A stretch of DNA of 57,292 nucleotides from Verrucomicrobiota bacterium (GTDB lineage: Bacteria > Verrucomicrobiota > Verrucomicrobiia > Opitutales > Opitutaceae), in contig JAEZSJ010000363.1 of assembly GCA_023443985.1 (NCBI GenBank), forward strand, positions 1 through 57,292. The letters run 5' to 3'. The notes under the pieces were generated by a model, which saw only the letters and a list, made by a program, of their open reading frames with translations, ran no database searches and was not told where the DNA came from. Every line of letters begins with the position of its first letter. Position 1 is the stretch's first letter. This document shows, in pieces, positions 8,737-17,635 of this stretch. The position numbers and the translations under genes are program-made.

Positions 8737-9795
8737 TTACGCCAGCGCGGCCGACACTGCGGCGGCGGAGTCCTGCCAGGTCGGCAACGCGCGGTTCAAC
8801 GCCCCGCGGCCCAGTTCCTCCACCAACCGCGCATCGGTGAGCACGCGGCGCAGCCCGGAAACCCAGGCCGCGAGATCGTCGCCCGGGAGCGTCAGGCAAC
8901 CACCGCCGGTCGCATGTTCGAGCAGAGCGGGGATGTCGCTGCACACGCAGGGCAGGCCGGACCACAGCGCCTCGATCACGGGCAGTCCGTTGCCCTCGGC
9001 GCGCGACGGAAACACACCGGCGATGCAGCGCGCCGCCAGCGCATTCACCGCCTCGTCCGGCAGCGGCCCGTGGTAGTGGAACTGTGTGCGACGGAGCGCC
9101 AGCGCGCGCGCGCGCCGCTCCACGGATTTGCCGAAATGCGGGTTCACCCGCCCGACCAGGTGCACCTCGAACTCCAGCCCCTCCGCCCAGAGCGCCTCGG
9201 CGGCGTCGAGCAGCAAGGCCTGGTTCTTCCGCGGCTCCAGGATCCCGACCATCAACAGCGCCGGCGTACCGCCGGGGCGTTCCCGGTTGCGCGCCCTCGG
9301 GCGCCCCGAGCCATCGGCGCCGAGCGGAAACGCCGTCACCTTGGCCCGCGCCGGCATGCGGCCCCACGCCCAGTACTGCTCCAGCTCCGCGCGACTCGTC
9401 TCCGAGATGGCCAGCACCCGTTCGAAGCCCGCAAGCAGCTTCATGTATCCGGGATGCCGCGCGACGCTGTGCGGCCAAGTCGTCTGCGGAAAACGCAACG
9501 GGATCGCGTCGTAATAGACGGCCGCGGTCCGGCAGCCGGGCTGCGCAACCCACGCCGAAAACCCGGGTCGCTCGTCCTCGCTGAACAGCTCGGGCGTGAA
9601 GACCCAATCGTCCTTCGCCGGGGTGACCCGCGAGCCGTCGGCCAGGGTCCACCCGCCCGCCGGCGGGTCCCAGCGGACCGCCTCGAGCGCCTGCGGCGCC
9701 CTCCCGGCCATCTCCGCGCGCAACCGCCCGCTCACGCGCTGGATCCCGGAGTGGTGGCCCGAACGGGCGGCCTTGGTGGTGTCGAAATAGATCAT
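8737..9795 (-). CDS. Glycosyltransferase family 4 (GT-B)
   Basis: ATG at 9795 (MIYFDTTKAARSGHHSGIQRV). C-terminal FPSRAEGNGLPVIEALWSG is the GT4 EX7E-type motif. The ATG overlaps the upstream gene's stop (ATGA, 9792-9795). Confidence 0.8.
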   Translation of the reverse strand: MIYFDTTKAARSGHHSGIQRVSGRLRAEMAGRAPQALEAVRWDPPAGGWTLADGSRVTPAKDDWVFTPELFSEDERPGFSAWVAQPGCRTAAVYYDAIPLRFPQTTWPHSVARHPGYMKLLAGFERVLAISETSRAELEQYWAWGRMPARAKVTAFPLGADGSGRPRARNRERPGGTPALLMVGILEPRKNQALLLDAAEALWAEGLEFEVHLVGRVNPHFGKSVERRARALALRRTQFHYHGPLPDEAVNALAARCIAGVFPSRAEGNGLPVIEALWSGLPCVCSDIPALLEHATGGGCLTLPGDDLAAWVSGLRRVLTDARLVEELGRGALNRALPTWQDSAAAVSAALA

Positions 9796-11030
9796 TCTTC
9801 CTCCCGGATGCGCGCCAACAGCCGCGCGGCGTTGCGGTGCACGTCGAAATTCTCGCGCACCCACTCCCGCGCCGCGGAGCGCAGGCGCTCGCAGAGCGCG
9901 TCGTCGCCCGCCAGGCGGCGCCAGGCGCCGACCCAGGCCGAGGCGTCCTCGATCGGCGCGACGAGCCCGGTATGCTCGTGTTGCACCGCCTCGGTCGTGG
10001 CCGCGACGGGCGAACTGACCACCACCGCACCCGCCGCCATCGCCTCCGGGATGACATTCGGCAGCCCGTCGCGATCCCCGCTGCGTGCGATCACGCCCGT
10101 GTGCACAAGCACGTCGGCCCACGCCAGTGCCGCGAAGATCTCCGGCTGGGGCCGGTGTCCCATGAGCTCCACCACCCCGCCGAGCTGCAGCGCACGGATC
10201 TGCGCCTCGAGCCGCGCGCGGAGCGGACCGCTGCCGAAGATGCGGACTTGGAGCGCCAGACCCGCGTCGCGGGCCGCGGCATGGAGTTCGAGCTGCCGCT
10301 CGAGCCCCTTCTTCTCCACCAGCCGCGCGACGCACACGATCCGCAGCGTCGTCCGCTGCGAGCGCAGCGGCTTGAAGGGAGGCAGCACCTCCAGCCCGCG
10401 GCGCACGACCAGGATCTTCCCCGGCGGCGTGCCGCGCTCGCGCAGCGTCGCGGCGCCCATCTGCGTCGAGGTGCGAACGAAGCGCGCCAGCGCGATCTTC
10501 TCGCGCAGGAGCCAGTCGCCACCGTGCTCGTAGAGATCATACGCGTGCGCCGCCATGCTGAACGGGATCCCGGTGAGCCGCCACACCGCCCAGGCCGCAC
10601 CCGCCGGCGCGGAGGCCCACACGGCGTGCAGGTGCCGCGGCTGTTCCCGCCGGTGTCGCGCCGCCTCCACCACCCCGTAGCCGGCGCCCAGGAGGTTCTC
10701 CCAGAAGTTCCACCACCCGGGCGGCGGCCGCAGCACCATCGTCCGCATCAGGTCGGCGAAGAAGCCGCCCCGCGTGCGCCACGTCTCCAGCGGCAGCCGC
10801 CAGAGCACGGTGAACAGGCGCCACCGGTTGAACTGGTCGACGGGAAGCCCGGCGAACTCGGCCGCGCCCCCCCAGAGCGACACCAGCCGCAGTCGCACGC
10901 CCGCCGCCCGCAACGCCACGACCTCGCGCTGGAGGAACGTCTCGGTCGGGTGCGGAAAGCGCGTGAACAGCAGGACGATCTCCGCGCCTGCACCTTCCTC
11001 GGTTGCTCGTGTTGATGCCGGCGCCGCCAT
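9792..11030 (-). CDS. Glycosyltransferase family 4 (WcaL-like)
   Basis: 412 aa. VLLFTRFPHPTETFLQREV at the N-terminus and DGLPNVIPEAMAAGAVVV near the C-terminus. Starts 6 nt after the upstream gene. Confidence 0.8.
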   Translation of the reverse strand: MAAPASTRATEEGAGAEIVLLFTRFPHPTETFLQREVVALRAAGVRLRLVSLWGGAAEFAGLPVDQFNRWRLFTVLWRLPLETWRTRGGFFADLMRTMVLRPPPGWWNFWENLLGAGYGVVEAARHRREQPRHLHAVWASAPAGAAWAVWRLTGIPFSMAAHAYDLYEHGGDWLLREKIALARFVRTSTQMGAATLRERGTPPGKILVVRRGLEVLPPFKPLRSQRTTLRIVCVARLVEKKGLERQLELHAAARDAGLALQVRIFGSGPLRARLEAQIRALQLGGVVELMGHRPQPEIFAALAWADVLVHTGVIARSGDRDGLPNVIPEAMAAGAVVVSSPVAATTEAVQHEHTGLVAPIEDASAWVGAWRRLAGDDALCERLRSAAREWVRENFDVHRNAARLLARIREEE

Positions 11031-11036
11031 CGCAGG

Positions 11037-12224
11037 TCACACCGGGAACGGCCGCGGCAGCTGTGCCGCGTCGAAGCCCAGCCCGATCAGCTCGTGGATG
11101 AGGACGGTGGGATCCTCCTCATAGCGCAGCGCCTCGAAACGCTGGTGCGCCTCGTCGTAGCAGCCCGGCACCCGAATCCAATTTTCCATCACTGTCCGGA
11201 GACCGGCGGCCGAGTCGATGATCGGGCACGCCGCGCCGCGCTCGAAGAACTTCACCGTGAGGCTCTCCTGCGGCATGATGCTCCCGTAGGCGTTGAAGAT
11301 GATCGGGCAGCGGAAGTTCAGCGCCTTGGCGCAGGTCGTCGTGCCGCCGCGGGTCACGATCGCGTCGCTCACCTGCAGGAGCCGGTGCATCTCGTCGGTG
11401 TAGCCGTCGATGAAGCAGGCGAACTCGGGGTGCTGGGCGCGCCAGTGGATCGCATCGGCGTAGGTGCGGGCGTTGCGCCCGGAGACGACGATGGCCTGCA
11501 CGCGGTCGGCAAACTCCGCCAGGACCGGCAGCAGCTCCATGTGCTGGTTTGCGCCGTTGCCGCCGGTGCCGAGGAGCACCGTGAAGCGGTCGGGGCGCAG
11601 ACCGAGCTTGTCCACGAGAAAGCGTCGCCGCTTCTCCGGGGTGAGGATGTCGTGGTGCGAGCGGGGCCGCATCAGGTGGCCGCGGACCTTCGTCTGCTCG
11701 GGCCGCAACCCCAGCTTCACGGCATAGTCGCGCGCGGTCGGCGTGCGGGAGAAATAGAGGTCCACGCTCCGGTCGATCCAGTTGCGGCTGTAGCCGTAGC
11801 CGCCCGAGAATTCCCCACAGTAGGTCGCGCACCGGACGTTCGCCGCACCGAGCACCTGCCGGGCGACCTCGAAATAGCCGCGGTTGAGGCAGTCATGCAC
11901 GCTGAAGATCAGATGGGGGCGGTACTCGCGCAGGAGCGCGCGATAGTACTTCTTGCCGAAGCTGATGCTGTCCCGGTTGATGATGCTCAAGCCCTCCACG
12001 AGCATGTAGTAGGGATGGTGCAACCACGGAGCTTTCCGCTGGACCCAGTTGTAGAAGCTCACGCCCCACCGGCCGATCACCGAGGACTTCTCCAGCAGTT
12101 GCTCGATCCGGACATCGACCCGGTGTTTGTAGAGCTCGAAGGCCCATTCGGCAAAGGCCTGCGCGCGGGCGTCGTGGCCGCCGCCGGTGCTGGAGGTAAG
12201 GACGAGGATGCGAACTTGGCTCAC
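11037..12224 (-). CDS. GT28-type monoglycosyl-diacylglycerol synthase-like glycosyltransferase
   Basis: GTG start at 12224. ILVLTSSTGGGHDARAQA is an MGDG-synthase/UgtP-like N-terminal signature; C-terminal ...VTRGGTTTCAKAL. Starts 3 nt after the SDR stop. Confidence 0.75.
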   Translation of the reverse strand: MSQVRILVLTSSTGGGHDARAQAFAEWAFELYKHRVDVRIEQLLEKSSVIGRWGVSFYNWVQRKAPWLHHPYYMLVEGLSIINRDSISFGKKYYRALLREYRPHLIFSVHDCLNRGYFEVARQVLGAANVRCATYCGEFSGGYGYSRNWIDRSVDLYFSRTPTARDYAVKLGLRPEQTKVRGHLMRPRSHHDILTPEKRRRFLVDKLGLRPDRFTVLLGTGGNGANQHMELLPVLAEFADRVQAIVVSGRNARTYADAIHWRAQHPEFACFIDGYTDEMHRLLQVSDAIVTRGGTTTCAKALNFRCPIIFNAYGSIMPQESLTVKFFERGAACPIIDSAAGLRTVMENWIRVPGCYDEAHQRFEALRYEEDPTVLIHELIGLGFDAAQLPRPFPV

Positions 12225-12227
12225 GGG

Positions 12228-13055
12228 TCAGGGAAGTCCGAAATAGCGGGCGAGCACCGCCCGGCGCAGCGACAGGGGGGCGAGGCGCGCGCCAAGCGGC
12301 GCGACGACCGTCTGGAAGAAGGAACCGGAACGCACGATGCCCGACCGGCCGCGGCGCAGAGCCCGACGCAGATCCTGCGCGGCCCGCCGCGGCAGCGGCG
12401 CCGCGGCGAAGGTGGCCTCGAGCCGGCGCGCGACCCGCTGCGTGCGTTCCGGCACGTTCTGGTGGGGGGTGGCGAACATCGTGTTGTTGAACTCCGTCCG
12501 GTAATCTCCAGGACGAAAGTCGATCACCGTGATTCCGGCCTCCTTCCCTTCCAACATCAAACTTTCGGAGAGCGCGGCGAGTCCCGCCTTCGCGACGTTG
12601 TAGCCGGAGAGCAGCGGAATCGGAAACTCCACCGCCATCGAGGTCACGTTGACAATCGCCCCGGCGCGGCGTCCGGCCATCGCCGCGAACGCGCCACGGT
12701 TGAGCGCCAGCGACACGCCGAGCATCTCGTCGACCTGCGCGCGCCAAGTCGAAAGTGGTTGGTCGAGAATGCCGCCAAAGATCCCGTAGCCGGCGTTGTG
12801 CACGAGCAGGCCAAGTCCGCCGCTCTCACGCTCGACTTGGGCGAACAACCCGTCCGCCGCGCCCTCGCCATCGGCGAGGTCCAGGCGCAGGCCGTGGAAA
12901 CGCGCCTGCGCAGGTAGCCGCTCCGGGCGCCGCGACGTGCCCCAGACCTCGACCCCTTCCGCCAACAACATCTCGGCGAAGGCGCGGCCCAGCCCGGTGC
13001 CCGCACCGGTCACCAGGGCCGTGCGATAGCGGGAGGCGAGCGGGGTCGATGGCAT
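12228..13055 (-). CDS. Short-chain dehydrogenase/reductase (SDR)
   Basis: ATG at 13055. ALVTGAGTGLGRA (TGxxxGxG), NAG, and YNVAKAG (YxxxK). 275 aa. Confidence 0.85.
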   Translation of the reverse strand: MPSTPLASRYRTALVTGAGTGLGRAFAEMLLAEGVEVWGTSRRPERLPAQARFHGLRLDLADGEGAADGLFAQVERESGGLGLLVHNAGYGIFGGILDQPLSTWRAQVDEMLGVSLALNRGAFAAMAGRRAGAIVNVTSMAVEFPIPLLSGYNVAKAGLAALSESLMLEGKEAGITVIDFRPGDYRTEFNNTMFATPHQNVPERTQRVARRLEATFAAAPLPRRAAQDLRRALRRGRSGIVRSGSFFQTVVAPLGARLAPLSLRRAVLARYFGLP

Positions 13056-13080
13056 GTGGCGCGCTGGAACCGCCGGACTA

Positions 13081-14346
13081 TCAGGCGGCCGGGGCGCGCA
13101 GCACAAGCGAGACGTTGGCACCGCCAAAACCGCTCGCGTTGTTCAGGACGACCTGCGGACGCACGGCGAGGGTCTGGCGCGGCAGATTGAGGTCGGCAAA
13201 CTTCGGATCCACCTCCCGCAGGCCGCCGCAACCGGGAACAAAACCGCCGCGGATCGCCAACGAGCAGATCCCCGTCTCGAATACCGTCGCCATCGAGAGG
13301 CCGTGTCCGGTGAGCGCCTTGGTGCTGCTCACCGGCACCCGGGCCGCCTCCGCGCCGAAGACGCTGCGGATCGCCTTCACCTCGGAGGCGTCGCCGATCG
13401 GGGTCGAGGTGGCGTGGGCGTTGATGTAGTCGATCTGTCCGGACGCGACATTCGCCGCCTTGAGGGCCCGCCGCATCGCTTCCGCCAGCCCGAGCCCCTC
13501 CGGATGCGAGATGGCGACATTGTGGCCGTCGGAGGCCTGTCCCCAGCCGGCGAGCTCGGCGTACGGCGAGACGCCCCGCCGCGCCACCTCGTCCTCGCTC
13601 TCGAGCACGACGACCGCCGCGCCTCCTGTGCCCACAAAACCATCACGGGCGACATCGAAGGGCCGCGAGGCGGAGGCCGGGTCGGCCGAGGTGGAGAGCG
13701 CCCGCATCGCGGCGAACGGCAGGATCGCGTCCATGTTCCCGTCCTCCGCGCCGACGACAATCATGCGCTCCTGCCTCCCCGTGACGATGTCGTCGAAGGC
13801 GAAGCCGAGCGCATGCCCCGTCGAGGCGCAGGCGGAGGAGAAACCGCAGGAATGACCGCGGATCTTGAAGGCCGCGACCAGGTTGAAGTTCAACGTGCCG
13901 GAGATCGACGCCACCACCGCGACCGGCGAGCACCGCATCACGCCGACCTGGTGCATGCGGCCCAGGTAGTGGGCGAGGATCATCGGAGAGCCGGCCGAGG
14001 CGCAGTACAGGCCGGTGTTCTCGTTCTGCAGGTCGGCCTCCGCGAGGGATGCGTCCGCGATCGCCTGCTGCATCGCACAGTGCGCATACAGGCCGTGGGG
14101 AGCCATGCTCCGGAGCAGTTCGCGGCGCACCGCGTACCGGGCGGGATAGGTCCAGTCCTCCGGCTCGATCGACGAGACGTCGAAGTCCTTCACCGTCCCC
14201 ATCACCTTCACCGGCACCTCGGGGCGCTGAAATGGTGGATACAGTTCGAAGCCGTGGCGCAGGGCGCGCACGCTGGCTTCGACGGTTTCCTTGTCGTTGC
14301 CGATGCTGCTGATGAATCCGAGGCCGGTGACGAATACTTTCCGCAT
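13081..14346 (-). CDS. Beta-ketoacyl-ACP synthase (KAS I/II family)
   Basis: ATG at 14346 (MRKVFVTGLGFISSIG). Active-site context GFSSACASTGHA; then INAHATSTP and TKALTGHGL (Cys-His-His triad). Confidence 0.9.
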   Translation of the reverse strand: MRKVFVTGLGFISSIGNDKETVEASVRALRHGFELYPPFQRPEVPVKVMGTVKDFDVSSIEPEDWTYPARYAVRRELLRSMAPHGLYAHCAMQQAIADASLAEADLQNENTGLYCASAGSPMILAHYLGRMHQVGVMRCSPVAVVASISGTLNFNLVAAFKIRGHSCGFSSACASTGHALGFAFDDIVTGRQERMIVVGAEDGNMDAILPFAAMRALSTSADPASASRPFDVARDGFVGTGGAAVVVLESEDEVARRGVSPYAELAGWGQASDGHNVAISHPEGLGLAEAMRRALKAANVASGQIDYINAHATSTPIGDASEVKAIRSVFGAEAARVPVSSTKALTGHGLSMATVFETGICSLAIRGGFVPGCGGLREVDPKFADLNLPRQTLAVRPQVVLNNASGFGGANVSLVLRAPAA

Positions 14347-14455
14347 GATTGGAGAGACCGCCGCCGGCTCGAGCTGTGCCATCCCCGGCGAACAGAAGGT
14401 CCGAGGCTCGGGACCTTCCGCCCGCTGGCAACAGGATTATCCGTACCGCGACGGC

Positions 14456-15370
14456 TCAGGCGCTCGTCGCGGCGGCCGGGGCGGCCGCCGCCGTTTCGGC
14501 GACCGGCGCCTGGTAGGCGAAGGTGAGCGTGATCTCCTCGGCGAACGCCGCCTTCTCGCCACCCACCTTGACCGTGCCCTCGAAGGTGGCCAGCGGCGCC
14601 TTGATCCGTTTCGGCCGGACCGACAGGACGATCGTCTCGCCGGGCTTCACCATCCGCTGGCAGCGTACGCCTTCGCAGCTCGTGAAGAAGACCGCGGAGG
14701 AGTCGACCGCACTCTCGAGCTCGGGCGCGCCGCTTTGTAGCAGAAAAAGGACTGCGAGCTGGCCCAGGGCCTCAAGCATGATCGAGGCGGGCAGCACCGG
14801 ATTGTCACGGAAATGTCCCTGCAGGAAGAATTCGGTGCCGGCCAGCTGGTAGCGGCCGGTGGCGGAGTTGGCCGCGATCGTGGCCTCCTGCACGAACAGG
14901 AAGGGCGGCTGCATGGGCATCACCTCAAGCACCGCCTCGATCGGCAGATGCTTGGCGGGCACCGGCACCTTGCCGCTCACCTTCGCCTCGATGAAGGCGT
15001 TGATGTCGGCGATCGTCCGGAGATCGCGCAGCTCCTCGTTCTTGATCGGCACCTTGATGCACTCCTCGACGAGCATCACCACCTCGAGCATCGTCAGGGA
15101 GTCGACCCCGAGATCCTCCACCACGCGCAGGTCGGTCGCGCCGGTGTGCAGCCGCGGGCGCTGCTCCGGATCGACGAACCGCTCGATGATCCCCAGCACC
15201 ACGGTGGGGACCGCGGCGACATCGCCCGTGCGCCGGTAGCGCAGGGCCGCTTCGAGGGTCGCCGGCGAGCAACGTTTCAGTGCTTCACGCAATGCGCCCT
15301 CGTCGGCGGCGCTCAAGCCAGCCGCGGTCGCCACGGGACGGGAATTTTCCTGTTCGGACATGAACGGCAT
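14456..15370 (-). CDS. Acyl carrier protein fused to a FabZ/FabA-like hotdog dehydratase
   Basis: ATG at 15370 (alternative 15361). ACP motif DLGVDSLTMLEVVMLVEE. The C-terminal half has FLQGHFRDNPVLPASIMLEALGQLA, a hotdog dehydratase motif. Confidence 0.8.
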   Translation of the reverse strand: MPFMSEQENSRPVATAAGLSAADEGALREALKRCSPATLEAALRYRRTGDVAAVPTVVLGIIERFVDPEQRPRLHTGATDLRVVEDLGVDSLTMLEVVMLVEECIKVPIKNEELRDLRTIADINAFIEAKVSGKVPVPAKHLPIEAVLEVMPMQPPFLFVQEATIAANSATGRYQLAGTEFFLQGHFRDNPVLPASIMLEALGQLAVLFLLQSGAPELESAVDSSAVFFTSCEGVRCQRMVKPGETIVLSVRPKRIKAPLATFEGTVKVGGEKAAFAEEITLTFAYQAPVAETAAAAPAAATSA

Positions 15371-15521
15371 GTAACAAATTCGGCAAGTACCCGGGCAAAT
15401 CCTATTTTCCTCGGACCCGCCGGTCTCCCCGTCGTTCCGCCGCCCGGCGGGGGTCCTCCCAAAAAAGCACTTGCCATGCCCGGGCCCGCCGGATGCTCTC
15501 GGCCCCTTAATCACTTTCACC

Positions 15522-15752
15522 ATGGCTCGAATCTGCGCGATCACAGGCAAGCGTCCCTCCAAAGGGAGCATCATCCACCGTAAGGGTCAGTCCAAGAAGA
15601 GCGGCGGCATCGGCACGCACGTGACCGCCAAGACCACTCGCTGGATCAAGCCGAACCTGCAAAAGGTCAAAGTCCGCCTGCCCAACGGCGGCACGAAACG
15701 CATTTTGGTCGCCGTGAAGGCAATTAAGGCTGGAAAAATCCAGAAGGCCTGA
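15522..15752 (+). CDS. rpmB: 50S ribosomal protein L28
   Basis: MARICAITGKRPSKG...HRKGQSKKSGGIG...RWIKPNLQKV, 76 aa. Confidence 0.95.
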   Translation: MARICAITGKRPSKGSIIHRKGQSKKSGGIGTHVTAKTTRWIKPNLQKVKVRLPNGGTKRILVAVKAIKAGKIQKA

Positions 15753-15781
15753 CCAGTTTGTAGCTCTCCCATCCACCCGCC

Positions 15782-15825
15782 TGCCCCCGAGCGAGCGCTT
15801 AGCGCCCTCGGGGGCACTTCTTTTT
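15782..15825 (+). terminator. Rho-independent terminator of rpmB
   Basis: 10-bp stem TGCCCCCGAG (15782-15791) / CTCGGGGGCA (15807-15816), followed by CTTCTTTTT. Confidence 0.8.
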
Positions 15826-15854
15826 CGGCGGGTTCCCCGCCCGCGGCGGCGGGT

Positions 15855-17453
15855 TCAGGTGCGGCGCAACCCGATTCGGGCGAGGAGGCGTCCGGCCAGC
15901 GCCGGCAACTCCTCGCGCCCCTCGATCCGCAACCACCACAGCATCGCGCCGTAGGCGGCCACGCCGAGCGGGATCATCGTCGCGAGCAGCACGATGTCGC
16001 GCGCCCGCGACGGCGGGAACACCCGCTCAAGGCCCAGCGCCCCGCCGGCCACGACCACCGCCATCACCAGCACCCCGCCCGTGATTTTGAGCAGGTCGCG
16101 CCACAGATGCTGGAAGGCCAGCCCCCGGTCGCTCCGCGCCAGCCGCACCTGGAGATACCACGCCTGGGCCACGACCGCCAGGTTGCTCGCGAGCGCGAGG
16201 CCCACGGTCGAAAGCGGGCCCATCAACGCCAGACCGAGGCCGATGTTGACCGCGAAGCTCAGGACCGCCGCACGCACCGGCGTGCGGGTGTCCTTCCGGG
16301 CGTAGAACGCCCGCAGCACCAGATTGACGAACGAGAACACCGGTAATCCGGCGGCGAATACCGCCAAGACCGGCACCATCGCCCCGGTGTCCTGCGCGTG
16401 GAAGGCGCCGCGCTGGAAGAGCAGCCGGATGATCGGTTCCGCGAGCAGCACCAATCCCGCCGCCGCCGGCACGTTTACCACCAGAATCAGCCGCATGCCC
16501 CGCCGGTACGCCGCCGCGAAGGCCGGCCAGTCCGCCTGTGCCGCGTGCCGCGAGATCAGCGGAAACACCACCGTCGACACCGCCACCGCGAAGACACCGA
16601 TCGGCAACTCCATCAACCGCGTCGCCAGATTCAGGAGCGAGACGGCCGCGTCGTTCAGCGAGAGGCCCACCAGCCGCAGCAGCGCCATGTTGATCAGGTA
16701 GACCGCCGAGCCCACCACCGTGGGCGCCATCAGACCGACAATCGCCCGCACCTGCGCGCTGCGCCGGAGATCGAGCCGAGGCCGCCAGCCCTCCCGCACC
16801 AGGGCCGCCGCCGGCACGGCCATCTGGAAAAAGCCGCCCACCAACACGCCGGCGCAGAGCAGCCGGATGTGCGTGGCACCGTCGGCCGCCCAGCCGCCCC
16901 ACAGGCCGCCCACCAGCGCGGTGATCATCGCGAGATTGAGCCAGATCGGCGAGAGGGCCGGCTCGAGGAACCGCTCCAGCGTCTGCAACGCCGCGCTGAA
17001 CGCGGCCGCGAGACACACGAAAACCATGTAGGGGAACAGCCATACCGCCAGCTCGGCGCCGAGGCGCCAGCGGGCGATCGTCTCCGGCGCGGCCCCCAGC
17101 GCCGCCGCCGGCCCCTCCCACCACCGGCCGCCGAGCAGCACCATCCCGATCGCCACCAGCCCGGCAGTCACCACCAGCAGCCAGCTCGCGACCTGGCTGA
17201 CCAGCTCGAAGGCGCCCGCCCGTTGGCGGCGCGCAAGCTCCTCGTTGAGCGTCGGCACGAACGCGGCCGTCAACGCCCCCTCCCCGAGCAGGCGCCGGAA
17301 CAGGTTCGGCAGCGTGAACGCGGTGAAGAACGCGCTCGCGAGTGCCGTTGTTCCGAATACAGCCGCCGTCAGCACGTCCCGGATCAGGCCGAGCACGCGT
17401 GACACCATGGTCATGCCGGCGACCAGTCCGATGCGTTCGAGTTGTTTCGACAT
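15855..17453 (-). CDS. murJ: Lipid II flippase MurJ (MviN)
   Basis: ATG at 17453. SRVLGLIRDVLTAAVFGTT...FFTAFTLPNLFRRLLGEGALTAAFVP is a MurJ signature. Polytopic, 532 aa. Confidence 0.9.
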   Translation of the reverse strand: MSKQLERIGLVAGMTMVSRVLGLIRDVLTAAVFGTTALASAFFTAFTLPNLFRRLLGEGALTAAFVPTLNEELARRQRAGAFELVSQVASWLLVVTAGLVAIGMVLLGGRWWEGPAAALGAAPETIARWRLGAELAVWLFPYMVFVCLAAAFSAALQTLERFLEPALSPIWLNLAMITALVGGLWGGWAADGATHIRLLCAGVLVGGFFQMAVPAAALVREGWRPRLDLRRSAQVRAIVGLMAPTVVGSAVYLINMALLRLVGLSLNDAAVSLLNLATRLMELPIGVFAVAVSTVVFPLISRHAAQADWPAFAAAYRRGMRLILVVNVPAAAGLVLLAEPIIRLLFQRGAFHAQDTGAMVPVLAVFAAGLPVFSFVNLVLRAFYARKDTRTPVRAAVLSFAVNIGLGLALMGPLSTVGLALASNLAVVAQAWYLQVRLARSDRGLAFQHLWRDLLKITGGVLVMAVVVAGGALGLERVFPPSRARDIVLLATMIPLGVAAYGAMLWWLRIEGREELPALAGRLLARIGLRRT

Positions 17454-17635
17454 CTGCGGAGCCACGTTCTCCCCGCCGGCGGCCCACGGGAGCAAGACCA
17501 TTAGCCGGAGGGCCGGCCCGCCCGACCAGGCCACGTCCCGCCCGTGGCCGCACACGCCCGTTTCCGGCCAATCAACTTGCCACCCCTCCCCTGCCCACGT
17601 ATCCAGCCGCTAGCTCACCCCGAACTCTTCACGCC

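Noticed and set aside
9796-10335. N-terminal extension of track ORF 8737..10335
   Set aside because: It is Arg/Gly-rich and overlaps the upstream GT4 gene. ATG 9795 gives a typical GT4 N-terminus and a 4-nt stop/start overlap.
15371-15521. Possible sigma-70 promoter for rpmB (TTGCCA ... CTTAAT)
   Set aside because: The spacing between the two hexamers is about 29 nt, far from the 16-18 nt optimum, and no better pair was found by eye.
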